Assembly: GCA_015659035.1 (NCBI GenBank)
Contig: DQNS01000112.1
Coordinates: 598-64,597 of the forward strand
Origin: Acidobacteriota bacterium
Lineage (GTDB): Bacteria; Acidobacteriota; Vicinamibacteria; Vicinamibacterales; UBA8438
DNA: 64,000 bases
Reading direction: 5' to 3'
This document shows, in pieces, positions 9,599 to 17,986 of this stretch. Each line of letters opens with the position of its first letter. Position 1 is the first letter of the stretch. Made by a program: the position numbers and the translations under genes. The notes beneath the pieces are model-generated. The model was not told the origin of the DNA, did not search any database, and was given only the letters and a program-made list of their open reading frames with translations.

Positions 9599-10099
9599 AT
9601 GGACGACAGTGGAATTCGCGACCACGTGGTGAAGCTACTCAGCGGAACAGATGCGCATCTAGACTTTGACGATGCCGTCTCTCGGTTTCCAGTCGATCTT
9701 CGCACCGTGATACCTGATGGGGCAGCTCACTCTGCATGGCAACTCCTTGAACATTTACGGATCGCTCAATGGGACATACTGGAGTTCAGTCGTAACCCAA
9801 GGCATGTTTCACCTACATTTCCCGATGGATACTGGCCCAGGAGTGATACGACCCCCGATGAAGGCGCCTGGGAAAAGAGCGTCAGCGCGTTCCGATCTGA
9901 CCGTGAAGCGTTGCAGGAACTAGTAGCCAACGAGTCAACCGACTTATTGGCCCCGATACCACACGGTACTGGCCAAACGATATTGCGTGAATGTTTTGTG
10001 GTAGCGAAACACAATTCCTACCATCTGGGGCAATTGGTACTGCTCAGCAGACTGCTTGGGGTCTGGCAGGAAGATGGAAACCGGAAGATTGAGATCTAA
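9599..10099 (+). CDS. DinB-family (DinB_2) protein
   Basis: The ATG sits 12 nt after GGAGG; the track ORF starts at TTG 9590. The sequence has His-containing helices ([22 protein letters not shown]) typical of the DinB four-helix bundle. The gene lies in a visibly AT-richer patch. Confidence 0.6.
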   Translation: MDDSGIRDHVVKLLSGTDAHLDFDDAVSRFPVDLRTVIPDGAAHSAWQLLEHLRIAQWDILEFSRNPRHVSPTFPDGYWPRSDTTPDEGAWEKSVSAFRSDREALQELVANESTDLLAPIPHGTGQTILRECFVVAKHNSYHLGQLVLLSRLLGVWQEDGNRKIEI

Positions 10100-10162
10100 G
10101 CGTGAAGCAGAGCCATCATCGAGACGGGACCCATGCAACAGAGGGCGACGTCGAGCGATAAG

Positions 10163-11401
10163 CTAGGGTGCCACGCGCCAGGGAGAGACCTGCGGCCAGG
10201 TGGCCAGCGCGTCGAGCGCCCACGCCGTCGTCTGGTCGTCGTGACAGGCGGTGCAGGGGTTCGGGATGCCGTAGCGGTCGGTCAGCGCCGGTGAGATGAA
10301 CTTGAACGTGTGGCTCCGCACGTACACGTCGCCGACGGTCCGCGCGGTCAGCGGCATGTGGCACGCCACGCACAGGCTGCCTTCGCCGTCGGCCTCGTGT
10401 TGCGTGTGATACGCGAGCGACCCGCGTGGTCCGGCCTGTAGCTGTGGGCCGTGACATTCGAGACAGACGTCGTTCCCGGGCGCTATCAGATCCGCCTCGT
10501 GCTCCGTCCCGTGGACGTCGTGGCAGCCGTAGCAGGTGACCCCTTTTACATACATCTGGCTCTGCACGTAGTCGTTGCCCTGCATCCGGTTCTTGTGCGC
10601 CGAGCCCTCGGGCCAGTGCGTGAACGTCTCCTCGCCGAGGTCCGGTCCTTCCAGCTCCCAGAACTCGCTCAACCGGTCTCCCGGTTCAAAGCCCACCGGC
10701 CAGTCGTAGTAGACCCCCTCTATCGGGTTCTCGTGCGGCTGGCCCTGGGAGTGACACTGGATGCAGACGTCGTTGGCGCGTACCGGGTCGAGATGCGCCG
10801 GGTTGACGATGTTGTCGTCGGTCGGGTCGAGGTTGTGCGCGCTGCCCGGGCCGTGGCACTTCTCGCAGCCGACGTTCCATTCGGTCGGGGTCTTGGCGGT
10901 GATGTCGTAGTTCACCGAGTGACACCCGTCGCACAGCGGGCCGGTGGGACGCTGCATCTGGTCTTCCGGGTAGTGCTCGGTCCACCAGTCGCCGCCGGGT
11001 CGGGGGAAGTAGCGCCGCCACTGACGGTTGCGCACGTCCCACTGCGCGGGAAAGATGAAGTAGTCGTCTCCGATTTGGGTGTAGTAGCGCTGCTTCCACT
11101 TGCTGCCGTAAGTGAAGACGACGTCGTCCGGGGTGAACGTCACCAGCGGGTCGTTGAGCGTGAAATCGCCCAGGATCACGTCGGGCCGCTCACGGGGATC
11201 CTGCAGCACGTTCGCCATCAGGGTGTCCCGCCAGCGGGCATGGATCTCGACGTGGCATGCCTGGCACGACTCGGATCCCATGTAGACGGCGTCGGCTCCG
11301 TCGGTCGCGGGGGCAGAGGGTCGAGCGCATCCGGTCGCCACGACCAGGGTGACGAGGGCCCAGGGCCGCAGGCCGCGTGGCGAGGGCGGGAATCTATGCA
11401 T
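10163..11401 (-). CDS. octahaem c-type cytochrome, exported
   Basis: Internal ATG of ORF 10163..12079 (MHRFPPSPRGLRPWALVTLVVATGCA). It carries eight CxxCH motifs: CQACH, CDGCH, CEKCH, CIQCH, CYGCH, CLECH, CVACH and CTACH. Confidence 0.85.
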   Translation of the reverse strand: MHRFPPSPRGLRPWALVTLVVATGCARPSAPATDGADAVYMGSESCQACHVEIHARWRDTLMANVLQDPRERPDVILGDFTLNDPLVTFTPDDVVFTYGSKWKQRYYTQIGDDYFIFPAQWDVRNRQWRRYFPRPGGDWWTEHYPEDQMQRPTGPLCDGCHSVNYDITAKTPTEWNVGCEKCHGPGSAHNLDPTDDNIVNPAHLDPVRANDVCIQCHSQGQPHENPIEGVYYDWPVGFEPGDRLSEFWELEGPDLGEETFTHWPEGSAHKNRMQGNDYVQSQMYVKGVTCYGCHDVHGTEHEADLIAPGNDVCLECHGPQLQAGPRGSLAYHTQHEADGEGSLCVACHMPLTARTVGDVYVRSHTFKFISPALTDRYGIPNPCTACHDDQTTAWALDALATWPQVSPWRVAP

Positions 11402-11504
11402 GGCGCTCCGCACGATGATAGCCTCTTCCTCTCGAATAGTGCTCGATCTTGCACGCGCTCTCTCGCTGCGGGCTGGAGAGCACCACTGCACGCCGTTCAA
11501 GACG

Positions 11505-12239
11505 ATGACGAGACAGCCTCCGTGGTCGAGACTCACCGGTCTGACCATGCTGTTCGGTGTGCTGTGGCCGGTCGCGGCCTCTTCGCAGCAACGGTGCGCG
11601 TTCCTGTGTGTGCCGGACGTGAAGCTCGAGCCGACCGTCACCATCGAGCACCTGTTCGGGGCCGCCCGGGTCGAGGAGTTGGAGGACGGCGTCGTGGTCG
11701 CCACCACGAGAGAGGCGCGCGAGGCGGTCTTCGAGCTGATTCTCGCAGTGGGCATTCCGACCGAGATCCCCCGGGTCGGGTTCACCATCGAGACGATCTT
11801 CGTGCCGTTCGGCGAGACCGACACGCACCCGTTCACCGGGGCGACCGCCGCCGACGCCGGCCGGGCCTCGTTCCGGGACAACGGAATCGAGATAGAGCTC
11901 GAGCTGAACCTGACGATCCTCGAGGCGGCGCAGACCGGCGGCTGGGTTGAGAGCCACTTCGACATCGTGGACAAGATCAGCCCCGGCGGGATCCCCGGCG
12001 CCGGCAGCGTCCACACGCACAAGCTGAATTTCGAGCTCGACACCGCCTTCCTGCCCTTCAGCCGCTTGCCGGAGGACAACTGGCTCCATCACTTCGAGAT
12101 CGAGGGCTCGCTCGACTACGTGGCGACCGGGCTCCCGAAGGCTGGGGACGTGGTCGGCGGCGAGCGCTATCTGGATGACGCCAGCGCCTGGTCGTTCTCG
12201 CTGGTCGGCGTCATTCCCCTGGCGCCGCTCGCGCCTTGA
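11505..12239 (+). CDS. hypothetical exported beta-rich protein
   Basis: Internal ATG of ORF 11349..12239. MTRQPPWSRLTGLTMLFGVLWPVAASSQQ is a signal peptide. It is divergent from the octahaem cytochrome gene. Confidence 0.55.
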   Translation: MTRQPPWSRLTGLTMLFGVLWPVAASSQQRCAFLCVPDVKLEPTVTIEHLFGAARVEELEDGVVVATTREAREAVFELILAVGIPTEIPRVGFTIETIFVPFGETDTHPFTGATAADAGRASFRDNGIEIELELNLTILEAAQTGGWVESHFDIVDKISPGGIPGAGSVHTHKLNFELDTAFLPFSRLPEDNWLHHFEIEGSLDYVATGLPKAGDVVGGERYLDDASAWSFSLVGVIPLAPLAP

Positions 12240-12246
12240 AGGACAC

Positions 12247-12284
12247 GAGGAACGCCTCGTCTGATGAGGAACGCCTCGTCTGAT
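12247..12284 (+). repeat. perfect 19-bp tandem duplication (GAGGAACGCCTCGTCTGAT x2)
   Basis: Read directly from the sequence. Each unit contains the small hairpin GAGG-AACG-CCTC. The repeat lies 30 nt upstream of the next start codon. Confidence 0.9.
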
Positions 12285-12314
12285 ATGGTGACAGCCCGTA
12301 CAAGGAGATTCCAG

Positions 12315-13649
12315 ATGACGAAGAAGAGCACTCGACGGCGAGTCCTGCGTCCGGCGGTCGGGGTCCTCAGTCTGGTCGTGGCTGTTGTGGCGACGTCGTC
12401 GCGGCCGCGGGCTGCCGCCGATCTGCCGATGGCGGAGCCGGAGTCGGTCGGTATGTCGTCCGAGCGGCTGCAGCGGGTCGACGAGTATTTTCAGCGGTTC
12501 ATCGACGACAACCAGATCGTCGGAGCGGTGACGCTCGTGGCCCGGAAGGGCCAAGTGGTGCATCACTCGGCGCTGGGGTGGAAGCACAAGGAAACGAACG
12601 CGGCGATGACCACCGACACCATCTTCGGGTTGGCGTCGATGACCAAGCCGATCGTGTCCACCGCGCTGATGATGTTGTTCGAGGAAGGCCGGTTCCGGCT
12701 CGACGACCCGATTGCGGACTGGATTCCAGAATACGAGGACCACATGGTCCGGGTGACCGTCGGGCCGAGACAGCGCCGGGTGCGTGAGGCCCGACCGGTC
12801 ACGATCCGCCACGTCCTGACCCACACGTCCGGGTTGACGCTGAGCCCGAACGGCGCGGGTCTGTCGGAGGCGGACCGCCGCTGGGTGACCAACGACGGTG
12901 AGCCGTTCGCTACGCTGGGTGAGCGGGTCGCCCGCGCGGCGCGCATTCCGGCCGCCTTTCACCCGGGCGACCACTGGCAGTACGGCTCGTCGACCGACTA
13001 CGTCGCGGTGCTCGTCGAGAAGATGTCCGGGATGACCATCGACGCGTTCCTGCGGGAGCGGGTCTTCGAGCCGCTCGGGATGCACGACATTTTCTACAAC
13101 ATTCCACGCGGTAAGGTGGACCGCGTCGCGGCAGTCTATCGGCCGAACGACGACGGCAAGGCCGAGCTGTCGCGCGCACCGGCGTTCCAGGAGCCGACCA
13201 CCTACTTTCGAGGGACAGCCGGGCTCAGCGCCACCGCGGCCGACTACTTCCGGTTCGCGCAGATGATCGCCAACGGCGGCGAGCTCGACGGCGTGCGGCT
13301 GCTGGGCCGTATGACGGTCGACCTGATGATCAGCAACAACATCGGCACCGGCAAGGACGTCTACGTCCGTGGGCCAGGTTATGGGTTCGGGTTGGGGTTC
13401 GGCATCCTCGTCGACCCGACGCAGTCGTTTGACGCGTTGTCTCCCGGCAGCTACGGCTGGGGTGGGGCGTTCGGTACGCTCTACTGGGCCGACCCGGTAG
13501 AGGACCTGATCGGCCTGATGTTCATCCAGTTGCCCGGGCATGGGCCACTCAACATCCGCCAGCGGTTCACCAATGTGGTCACCCAGGCGGTCGTCGACAG
13601 CGTGGCCGACCAGCGACCCACGGTACAGGGCTACGCGACACCGGAGTAG
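12315..13649 (+). CDS. serine hydrolase, beta-lactamase/PBP4-like family, exported
   Basis: AAGGAG lies 8 nt upstream of ATG 12315. The N-terminus is MTKKSTRRRVLRPAVGVLSLVVAVVA, and the SxxK motif is ASMTKP. Confidence 0.85.
   Translation: MTKKSTRRRVLRPAVGVLSLVVAVVATSSRPRAAADLPMAEPESVGMSSERLQRVDEYFQRFIDDNQIVGAVTLVARKGQVVHHSALGWKHKETNAAMTTDTIFGLASMTKPIVSTALMMLFEEGRFRLDDPIADWIPEYEDHMVRVTVGPRQRRVREARPVTIRHVLTHTSGLTLSPNGAGLSEADRRWVTNDGEPFATLGERVARAARIPAAFHPGDHWQYGSSTDYVAVLVEKMSGMTIDAFLRERVFEPLGMHDIFYNIPRGKVDRVAAVYRPNDDGKAELSRAPAFQEPTTYFRGTAGLSATAADYFRFAQMIANGGELDGVRLLGRMTVDLMISNNIGTGKDVYVRGPGYGFGLGFGILVDPTQSFDALSPGSYGWGGAFGTLYWADPVEDLIGLMFIQLPGHGPLNIRQRFTNVVTQAVVDSVADQRPTVQGYATPE
13598..13643 (+). 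repeat. 46-bp perfect direct repeat, copy 1 (3' end of the serine hydrolase gene)
   Basis: CAGCGTGGCCGACCAGCGACCCACGGTACAGGGCTACGCGACACCG is identical to 15145..15190. Confidence 0.95.
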
Positions 13650-13875
13650 CAGGCGGCGGAGGCACTCGCAGCCTGGCTCTGGCTTCGGGCGGCGCTCTGA
13701 AGAGGGGTGCCCAAGCCTGTTTGTCCGTCGTAGCAAGGCCCTTGAGGGCCGCTGAGTCTCGTGCCGCGGGAAAGCTGCTTGGCCGTCGTGAGCGACGCTA
13801 CAGGTATGCATCACCCGAGCTCAACTGGGGGGACGCCAGACCCCGCCGCGCCACTCGCCATCGTGAAGATCGAGG

Positions 13876-14499
13876 TCATCCAGACGCGAGCTTGTCGCGG
13901 AGCGATTCCAGCTCCCGCTGTCGCGGAATCAGTTCGCGGTCGACCAGTCGCTGCTGCGATCGGCTTTCGAGCACGAGATTGACGAGGAGAACCACGAGAA
14001 CAGGAACGATTGCCCACCAGGCGAAGCTCGACAGCCGGAACGCCACCGACACGAGCAGGAGCGACCCGACATGCGGCGGGATAAAGCTCAACATGATCTG
14101 CTTCCTGGTATCGATCTGATACGTCACCTGCGCGATGTCGCGGTCAATCTCGTCGCGAAGTGACGAGGTGAAGTGACGTTCGCGTTCCGCCTGCCGCTTT
14201 CGACCGACGAAGACTCGGCCGCCGAAATACAGCCAGGCCGCCGCGGCCGTGAACAGCGCTACGGCATCCCAGGTCGTGGCGAGCGGATTGAGCCCGCCAA
14301 AATGTGCGATCAACAGGAAAGAAATCGGCCCTACCACCATGAGGCTGGCCAGATAGGTCTGGAGCCTCTGCCAACGCATCCGGCGCGTGAAGTGCGCCGT
14401 GTTCTGCCGAAGGAGCGCGTGGAGCCCCTCCTCGTTGACCGCATACATAGGCGCGTCGGCTTGCGAATCCCAGATGACTTTCAGATCCTCGAAGTTCAC
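13876..14499 (-). CDS. membrane protein, putative partner (anti-sigma-like) of the adjacent ECF sigma factor
   Basis: The track ORF has a GTG start overlapping the sigma stop (GTGA). It has four hydrophobic segments and no recognised domain. Confidence 0.6.
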   Translation of the reverse strand: MNFEDLKVIWDSQADAPMYAVNEEGLHALLRQNTAHFTRRMRWQRLQTYLASLMVVGPISFLLIAHFGGLNPLATTWDAVALFTAAAAWLYFGGRVFVGRKRQAERERHFTSSLRDEIDRDIAQVTYQIDTRKQIMLSFIPPHVGSLLLVSVAFRLSSFAWWAIVPVLVVLLVNLVLESRSQQRLVDRELIPRQRELESLRDKLASG

Positions 14500-14999
14500 T
14501 GTGCTACTCCCTCCGCAATGCGTGCGAGTTGTTTCTTCAGGCGATTGAGCTTCACCCCGACGTTGCTGGCGGTGATCCCCAGCTGCTCGGCGACGTCCTG
14601 ATAGCTGTAGCCCTCCAGCACGAGGAGCATCAGAGATCGGTTGACGGCGTCGAGCTTGCGGATCTCGTCGTAAAGCCAGTCCAGCCGTTCGTTTCGGCCT
14701 CGGACTTCCTCGTGGATCACACCGTCCAGATCACTCCTCGACTCCATGCGGGTCCGATAACGCGATTCCCTCCGGGTCCAGACCGCCGCGGTGTTCAGGG
14801 CGACACGGAACACCCAGGTTGACTCTTTGGCGTTGCCCTTGAAGTGCGGCACCGATTTCCAGAGTTGAATCGCGATGTCTTGAAACAGATCGTTCCGGTC
14901 CTCGGGCGTCATCGTCGACGCGTGGACCACCTTGAAGACGAGGCCCTTGTGCTGGTCGATCCAGCGGTCGAAGATCCGGTGCTGTTCGTCTGGCGTCAT
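14496..14999 (-). CDS. ECF-type RNA polymerase sigma-70 family factor
   Basis: Region 2 (DLFQDIAIQLWKS) and region 4 HTH (LEGYSYQDVAEQLGITASNVGVKLNRLKKQL). Confidence 0.85.
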   Translation of the reverse strand: MTPDEQHRIFDRWIDQHKGLVFKVVHASTMTPEDRNDLFQDIAIQLWKSVPHFKGNAKESTWVFRVALNTAAVWTRRESRYRTRMESRSDLDGVIHEEVRGRNERLDWLYDEIRKLDAVNRSLMLLVLEGYSYQDVAEQLGITASNVGVKLNRLKKQLARIAEGVAQ

Positions 15000-15144
15000 C
15001 AGGTCGATCTCAATCCGTTCGACTGATCAGTATTCGGCCGGCAGGGATTTATTACGGTGGGCCACAGAAAGTCGTCAGTCACCCACACGCTGCTGTCTCG
15101 GCCGAAGCATGAGGCGGCTTGAGGGAGCGCCACCACGCTTCGGT

Positions 15145-15190
15145 CAGCGTGGCCGACCAGCGACCCACGGTACAGGGCTACGCGACACCG
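15145..15190 (+). repeat. 46-bp perfect direct repeat, copy 2 (non-coding)
   Basis: Identical to 13598..13643. In the corresponding frame a TGA lies 27 codons upstream, so it is not part of a gene. Confidence 0.95.
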
Positions 15191-15340
15191 CATTAGACCC
15201 TGTCGAAGGACCGACGCTCGCCGACCTGGTCGCCGCACGAGCGGCCCGATTGGAGCGGCCGGTTTCCGACCGGATGACCCGCGGGGCTGACGGCCTGCGG
15301 CTACGTACCGATGTGGCTGCCCATGAGGCGCAAGCCTTTC

Positions 15341-15373
15341 AGGCCTGCGTGGCAGGGCTCAAGCCGTGCCCCA
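15341..15373 (+). repeat. partial extra copy of the GC-rich palindromic repeat
   Basis: AGGCCTGCGTGGCAGGGCTCAAGCCGTGCCCCA, related to 15423..15454. Confidence 0.7.
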
Positions 15374-15406
15374 CAAATGCCACGCCCGGCGGGACCGCCC
15401 CCCGTT

Positions 15407-15456
15407 GCGGCGCAGGCCTTCCGGCCTGCGAGGCAGGGCTGAAGCCCTGCCCCATG
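15407..15456 (+). repeat. 50-bp inverted repeat, left copy
   Basis: GCGGCGCAGGCCTTCCGGCCTGCGAGGCAGGGCTGAAGCCCTGCCCCATG matches the reverse complement of 16170..16219 at 45 of 50 positions (my alignment). It has an internal hairpin, CAGGGC-TGAA-GCCCTG. Confidence 0.9.
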
Positions 15457-15549
15457 AAAGCGACAAGCGGAGCCCCCGTGTCGAGGACGCGTGATCCTGG
15501 GGGAACTGCTCGTATTTTGCTCGTATGCATTCTCTCCGGCGGCGAATCG

Positions 15550-16119
15550 CTACCGGTTCAGGGCCTGCGTGGTCACGCGGGGCGGGGGCGTCAGCGGCAT
15601 CATGTCGAACAGGCTCGGCTGCTCGACGTCTGCTCGGTTGAAGTAGGCGCAAAGCTGCGCACGCAGCCACACAATGTAGCGGCGGTTCGATTGCCGGATC
15701 TCGATGGCCCTCTGGCACAGCTCGCGGACCGCGTGAGCGTGCCGACGCCATTTTCGGCCGTCGCAGCTCACCTCCAAATAGCACGGCTTCTCGTCCAAGA
15801 ACAACGAGTCTCTGGCCAGGGTCCAGATGTCGCATTGCACCTCGCCGCTCGGAATCAGGGCAAGGCCCGGCGGCTGCACGAGGTGGGTCAGCTCGTGTCC
15901 GATGGTGAAGTAGGGCACCTGCTTCCGCCGGTACGGATTGAGACGGATGAGCCGCTCACTCGGGTAGGCCAGGCCGTCCAGCCTGCGACTGGCGGTCACG
16001 CCGATGGTGACCCGCTCGTCGCCCAGCTCCGGAAAGAGCGCTAGCGCCCGCTCCAGCCGTGAGACCAGCTCGGGTGTCGCCACCGCCGCCATCGGCGCCG
16101 TCAGGACCAGCCGGGCCAT
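15550..16119 (-). CDS. hypothetical protein with HExxH motif (metallopeptidase-like)
   Basis: The track ORF contains FTIGHELTHLV. It is the only credible gene between the two 50-bp inverted repeats. Confidence 0.55.
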   Translation of the reverse strand: MARLVLTAPMAAVATPELVSRLERALALFPELGDERVTIGVTASRRLDGLAYPSERLIRLNPYRRKQVPYFTIGHELTHLVQPPGLALIPSGEVQCDIWTLARDSLFLDEKPCYLEVSCDGRKWRRHAHAVRELCQRAIEIRQSNRRYIVWLRAQLCAYFNRADVEQPSLFDMMPLTPPPRVTTQALNR

Positions 16120-16169
16120 CGATCTCCCAAGATGTTAGCACCAGACCGGAACGTGCTCGTTTGACCATC

Positions 16170-16219
16170 CGTGGGGCAAGGCTTCAGCCCTGCCTCGCAG
16201 GCCTGAAGTCCTGCGCCAC
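16170..16219 (-). repeat. 50-bp inverted repeat, right copy
   Basis: Its reverse complement is GTGGCGCAGGACTTCAGGCCTGCGAGGCAGGGCTGAAGCCTTGCCCCACG. Confidence 0.9.
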
Positions 16220-16260
16220 ATTCCGGTACCAGGGAGCAAGGGCCTTTAGGCTCTCGGGGT

Positions 16261-17868
16261 TCACGGCATGACGCATGCGAAGTTGGCGGCGTCGTCGGTG
16301 CTCCCGGTGCCGCTCCACCGGGCCACCTGTGGGTACGGGCAGAGCGGCCGGGTTCGCACCACCTCGCCGTCCTCGAGCTTCGACGCGATGATCCGTTCCG
16401 GCGCGGCCTCCTGCTCGACCCACTGCTCGAGCGCCGTCAGGGCGTCGAAGCGGTCCGGTCCCGGGCCGCCGCGGCAGTGCCCCATGCCGGGCACCATGAA
16501 GAGTCGGAAGAACTCCTGTGTTTCGGCCAACGCGGTCGCCTCGTCCTTCCCCGCGCTCAGCAGCGCCATCACCTGCTCGTAGTAGGCGATGGTGCCCAGC
16601 GGTGAGATGTCGGCGTCGCTCCACCCGTGATACAGCAGCACCTTGCCGCCGCGGTCCCGCAACGGTCGCAGGTCGGGGTCGGTGGCGTCGAGCGCCGGGC
16701 CGGTCTTCGCCAGGGCAATCGGCAGGTCGCGGTCATAGTCCCAGGTGCGGAAGTCCCACTCCGGGTCGTCGAACACCATGTTCTTCATGAACCCTTCCGC
16801 TCCCAGCCAGTGTGTCCCCCTGAACGGCTCCCGCCCGGTCACCCAGCTCGACCAGCCACCCGGACCCGCTTCGCCACCCGGCACCAGCCCCGGATAGATC
16901 ACCTCGCCGGCCGCGTTGCGCGGACCGCTCCAGATGTCCTTGACCGCCTGGACCTGCTTCGGCGTGAGGCAGGTGTCGCGGTCCTGGTCTATCAGACAGG
17001 TCAACGCCTCCGGGTCGAATCCGCAGTTCCGCGGGTCGTCGAGCACGCCGTCTTCGATGCCGTCCAGCGCGTCGCACGCCGCCGTGACCGCGTCGCCGAG
17101 AATCGCGACCTTGTCGGGCGGGATGTAGCTCTCGGGGTCGTTGAGCGTCGCCAGCGAATACCAGAGATGCGCCCCCGCGTAAAACTGCGTCCAGGCGTGC
17201 GCCGGGTCCCCGATGACGAGACCGTCGAAGTCTTCCGGGTAGCGCTGTGCCTCCATCATCCCCTGCTGCCCGCCCTTCGAGCAGCCCACGTAGTACGCGT
17301 GGTCGGGCGCCGCGCCGTAGCGCGCCTCGGTGATCGCCTTGCCGTTGACGGCGGTCATGTGCAGCGACCGGTGCCCGAAATCCTCGATCAGGTCGGGCCG
17401 GTCGAGTGCCCAGCTCGCGTCGAAACTGCCGGCGCCGGGGCGGACGTGCCCGGTGTCGGTGCTGGCGGTGGCGTAGCCGCGCTCGAGGGCGCCGGCCATC
17501 GCCGCGTAGCTGATGACACCCGCCATGCCGCCGTTGCCGGCGGTGTGGAACTTCCCGTTCCAGCCCTCCGCGGGGAGCCAGACCTCGAATTGCACGGCCG
17601 GGTCGGTCGTGGCGGCGACTCTGCAGAACGCGGGAAGGTCGAGCGGTCGGTTGGCCCCGGGCGGCGTGAACGGCCCGGCCGGCACCGCCTCGGCCAGGGT
17701 GATGGTCGTCTCGGCGAGTGCGAGATCGGCGATCGCCTCGCAGGACATCGGTTCTGCCGCCTGGGCGGTCGCGGCAGAGGACCCACCCGCACCGCACGCG
17801 GCCGCGACCGCCAGCGCCATCGCCACCGCCCCACACCCGAACATCGAACCGAATCGTCGTGTCGTCAT
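16261..17868 (-). CDS. tannase/feruloyl esterase family alpha/beta hydrolase, exported
   Basis: Signal peptide MTTRRFGSMFGCGAVAMALAVAAACG. It has the GCSKGGQQG nucleophile elbow and the overall pattern of the tannase/feruloyl esterase family. Confidence 0.8.
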   Translation of the reverse strand: MTTRRFGSMFGCGAVAMALAVAAACGAGGSSAATAQAAEPMSCEAIADLALAETTITLAEAVPAGPFTPPGANRPLDLPAFCRVAATTDPAVQFEVWLPAEGWNGKFHTAGNGGMAGVISYAAMAGALERGYATASTDTGHVRPGAGSFDASWALDRPDLIEDFGHRSLHMTAVNGKAITEARYGAAPDHAYYVGCSKGGQQGMMEAQRYPEDFDGLVIGDPAHAWTQFYAGAHLWYSLATLNDPESYIPPDKVAILGDAVTAACDALDGIEDGVLDDPRNCGFDPEALTCLIDQDRDTCLTPKQVQAVKDIWSGPRNAAGEVIYPGLVPGGEAGPGGWSSWVTGREPFRGTHWLGAEGFMKNMVFDDPEWDFRTWDYDRDLPIALAKTGPALDATDPDLRPLRDRGGKVLLYHGWSDADISPLGTIAYYEQVMALLSAGKDEATALAETQEFFRLFMVPGMGHCRGGPGPDRFDALTALEQWVEQEAAPERIIASKLEDGEVVRTRPLCPYPQVARWSGTGSTDDAANFACVMP

Positions 17869-17953
17869 GTTCTTCCTCAGCGTCTACCGCATTGCGGACA
17901 CGTTTCGTCTCTCGCCCGCTCATCCTGAGCAGAGCACAAAGAGTGGTGTTGTC

Positions 17954-17982
17954 GAAGGACTGCCTCCTGTCTCCTTCGTGTG
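17954..17982 (+). repeat. CTCCTGY heptad-family repeat, copy 1
   Basis: GAAGGACTGCCTCCTGTCTCCTTCGTGTG lies between two minus-strand genes. Confidence 0.7.
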
Positions 17983-17986
17983 GGAC

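Noticed and set aside
10163-12239. Octahaem cytochrome plus a divergent beta-rich exported protein as a porin-cytochrome extracellular electron conduit.
   Set aside because: The beta-rich protein is only about 244 aa, far smaller than MtrB/porin-cytochrome barrels. It lacks a C-terminal aromatic OMP signature, and no second cytochrome is present.
15031-15055. A shared motif AT(A)TCC(C)TGCCGGC upstream of both ECF sigma genes (also 38384..38404), read as a possible common ECF promoter. This includes a GAAT-N16-CGTA arrangement at 38380..38404.
   Set aside because: The exact shared core is only 9 nt (CCTGCCGGC), which is plausible by chance in GC-rich DNA of this length. The CGTA element sits 5 nt from the GTG at 38375, and the second locus lacks a CGT -10 element.
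14932-16044. A 370-aa plus-strand ORF spanning the repeat region and the HExxH gene.
   Set aside because: It runs antisense to the HExxH gene and through the palindromic repeats. Its sequence is low-complexity Arg/Ala/Gly-rich and it has no start context.
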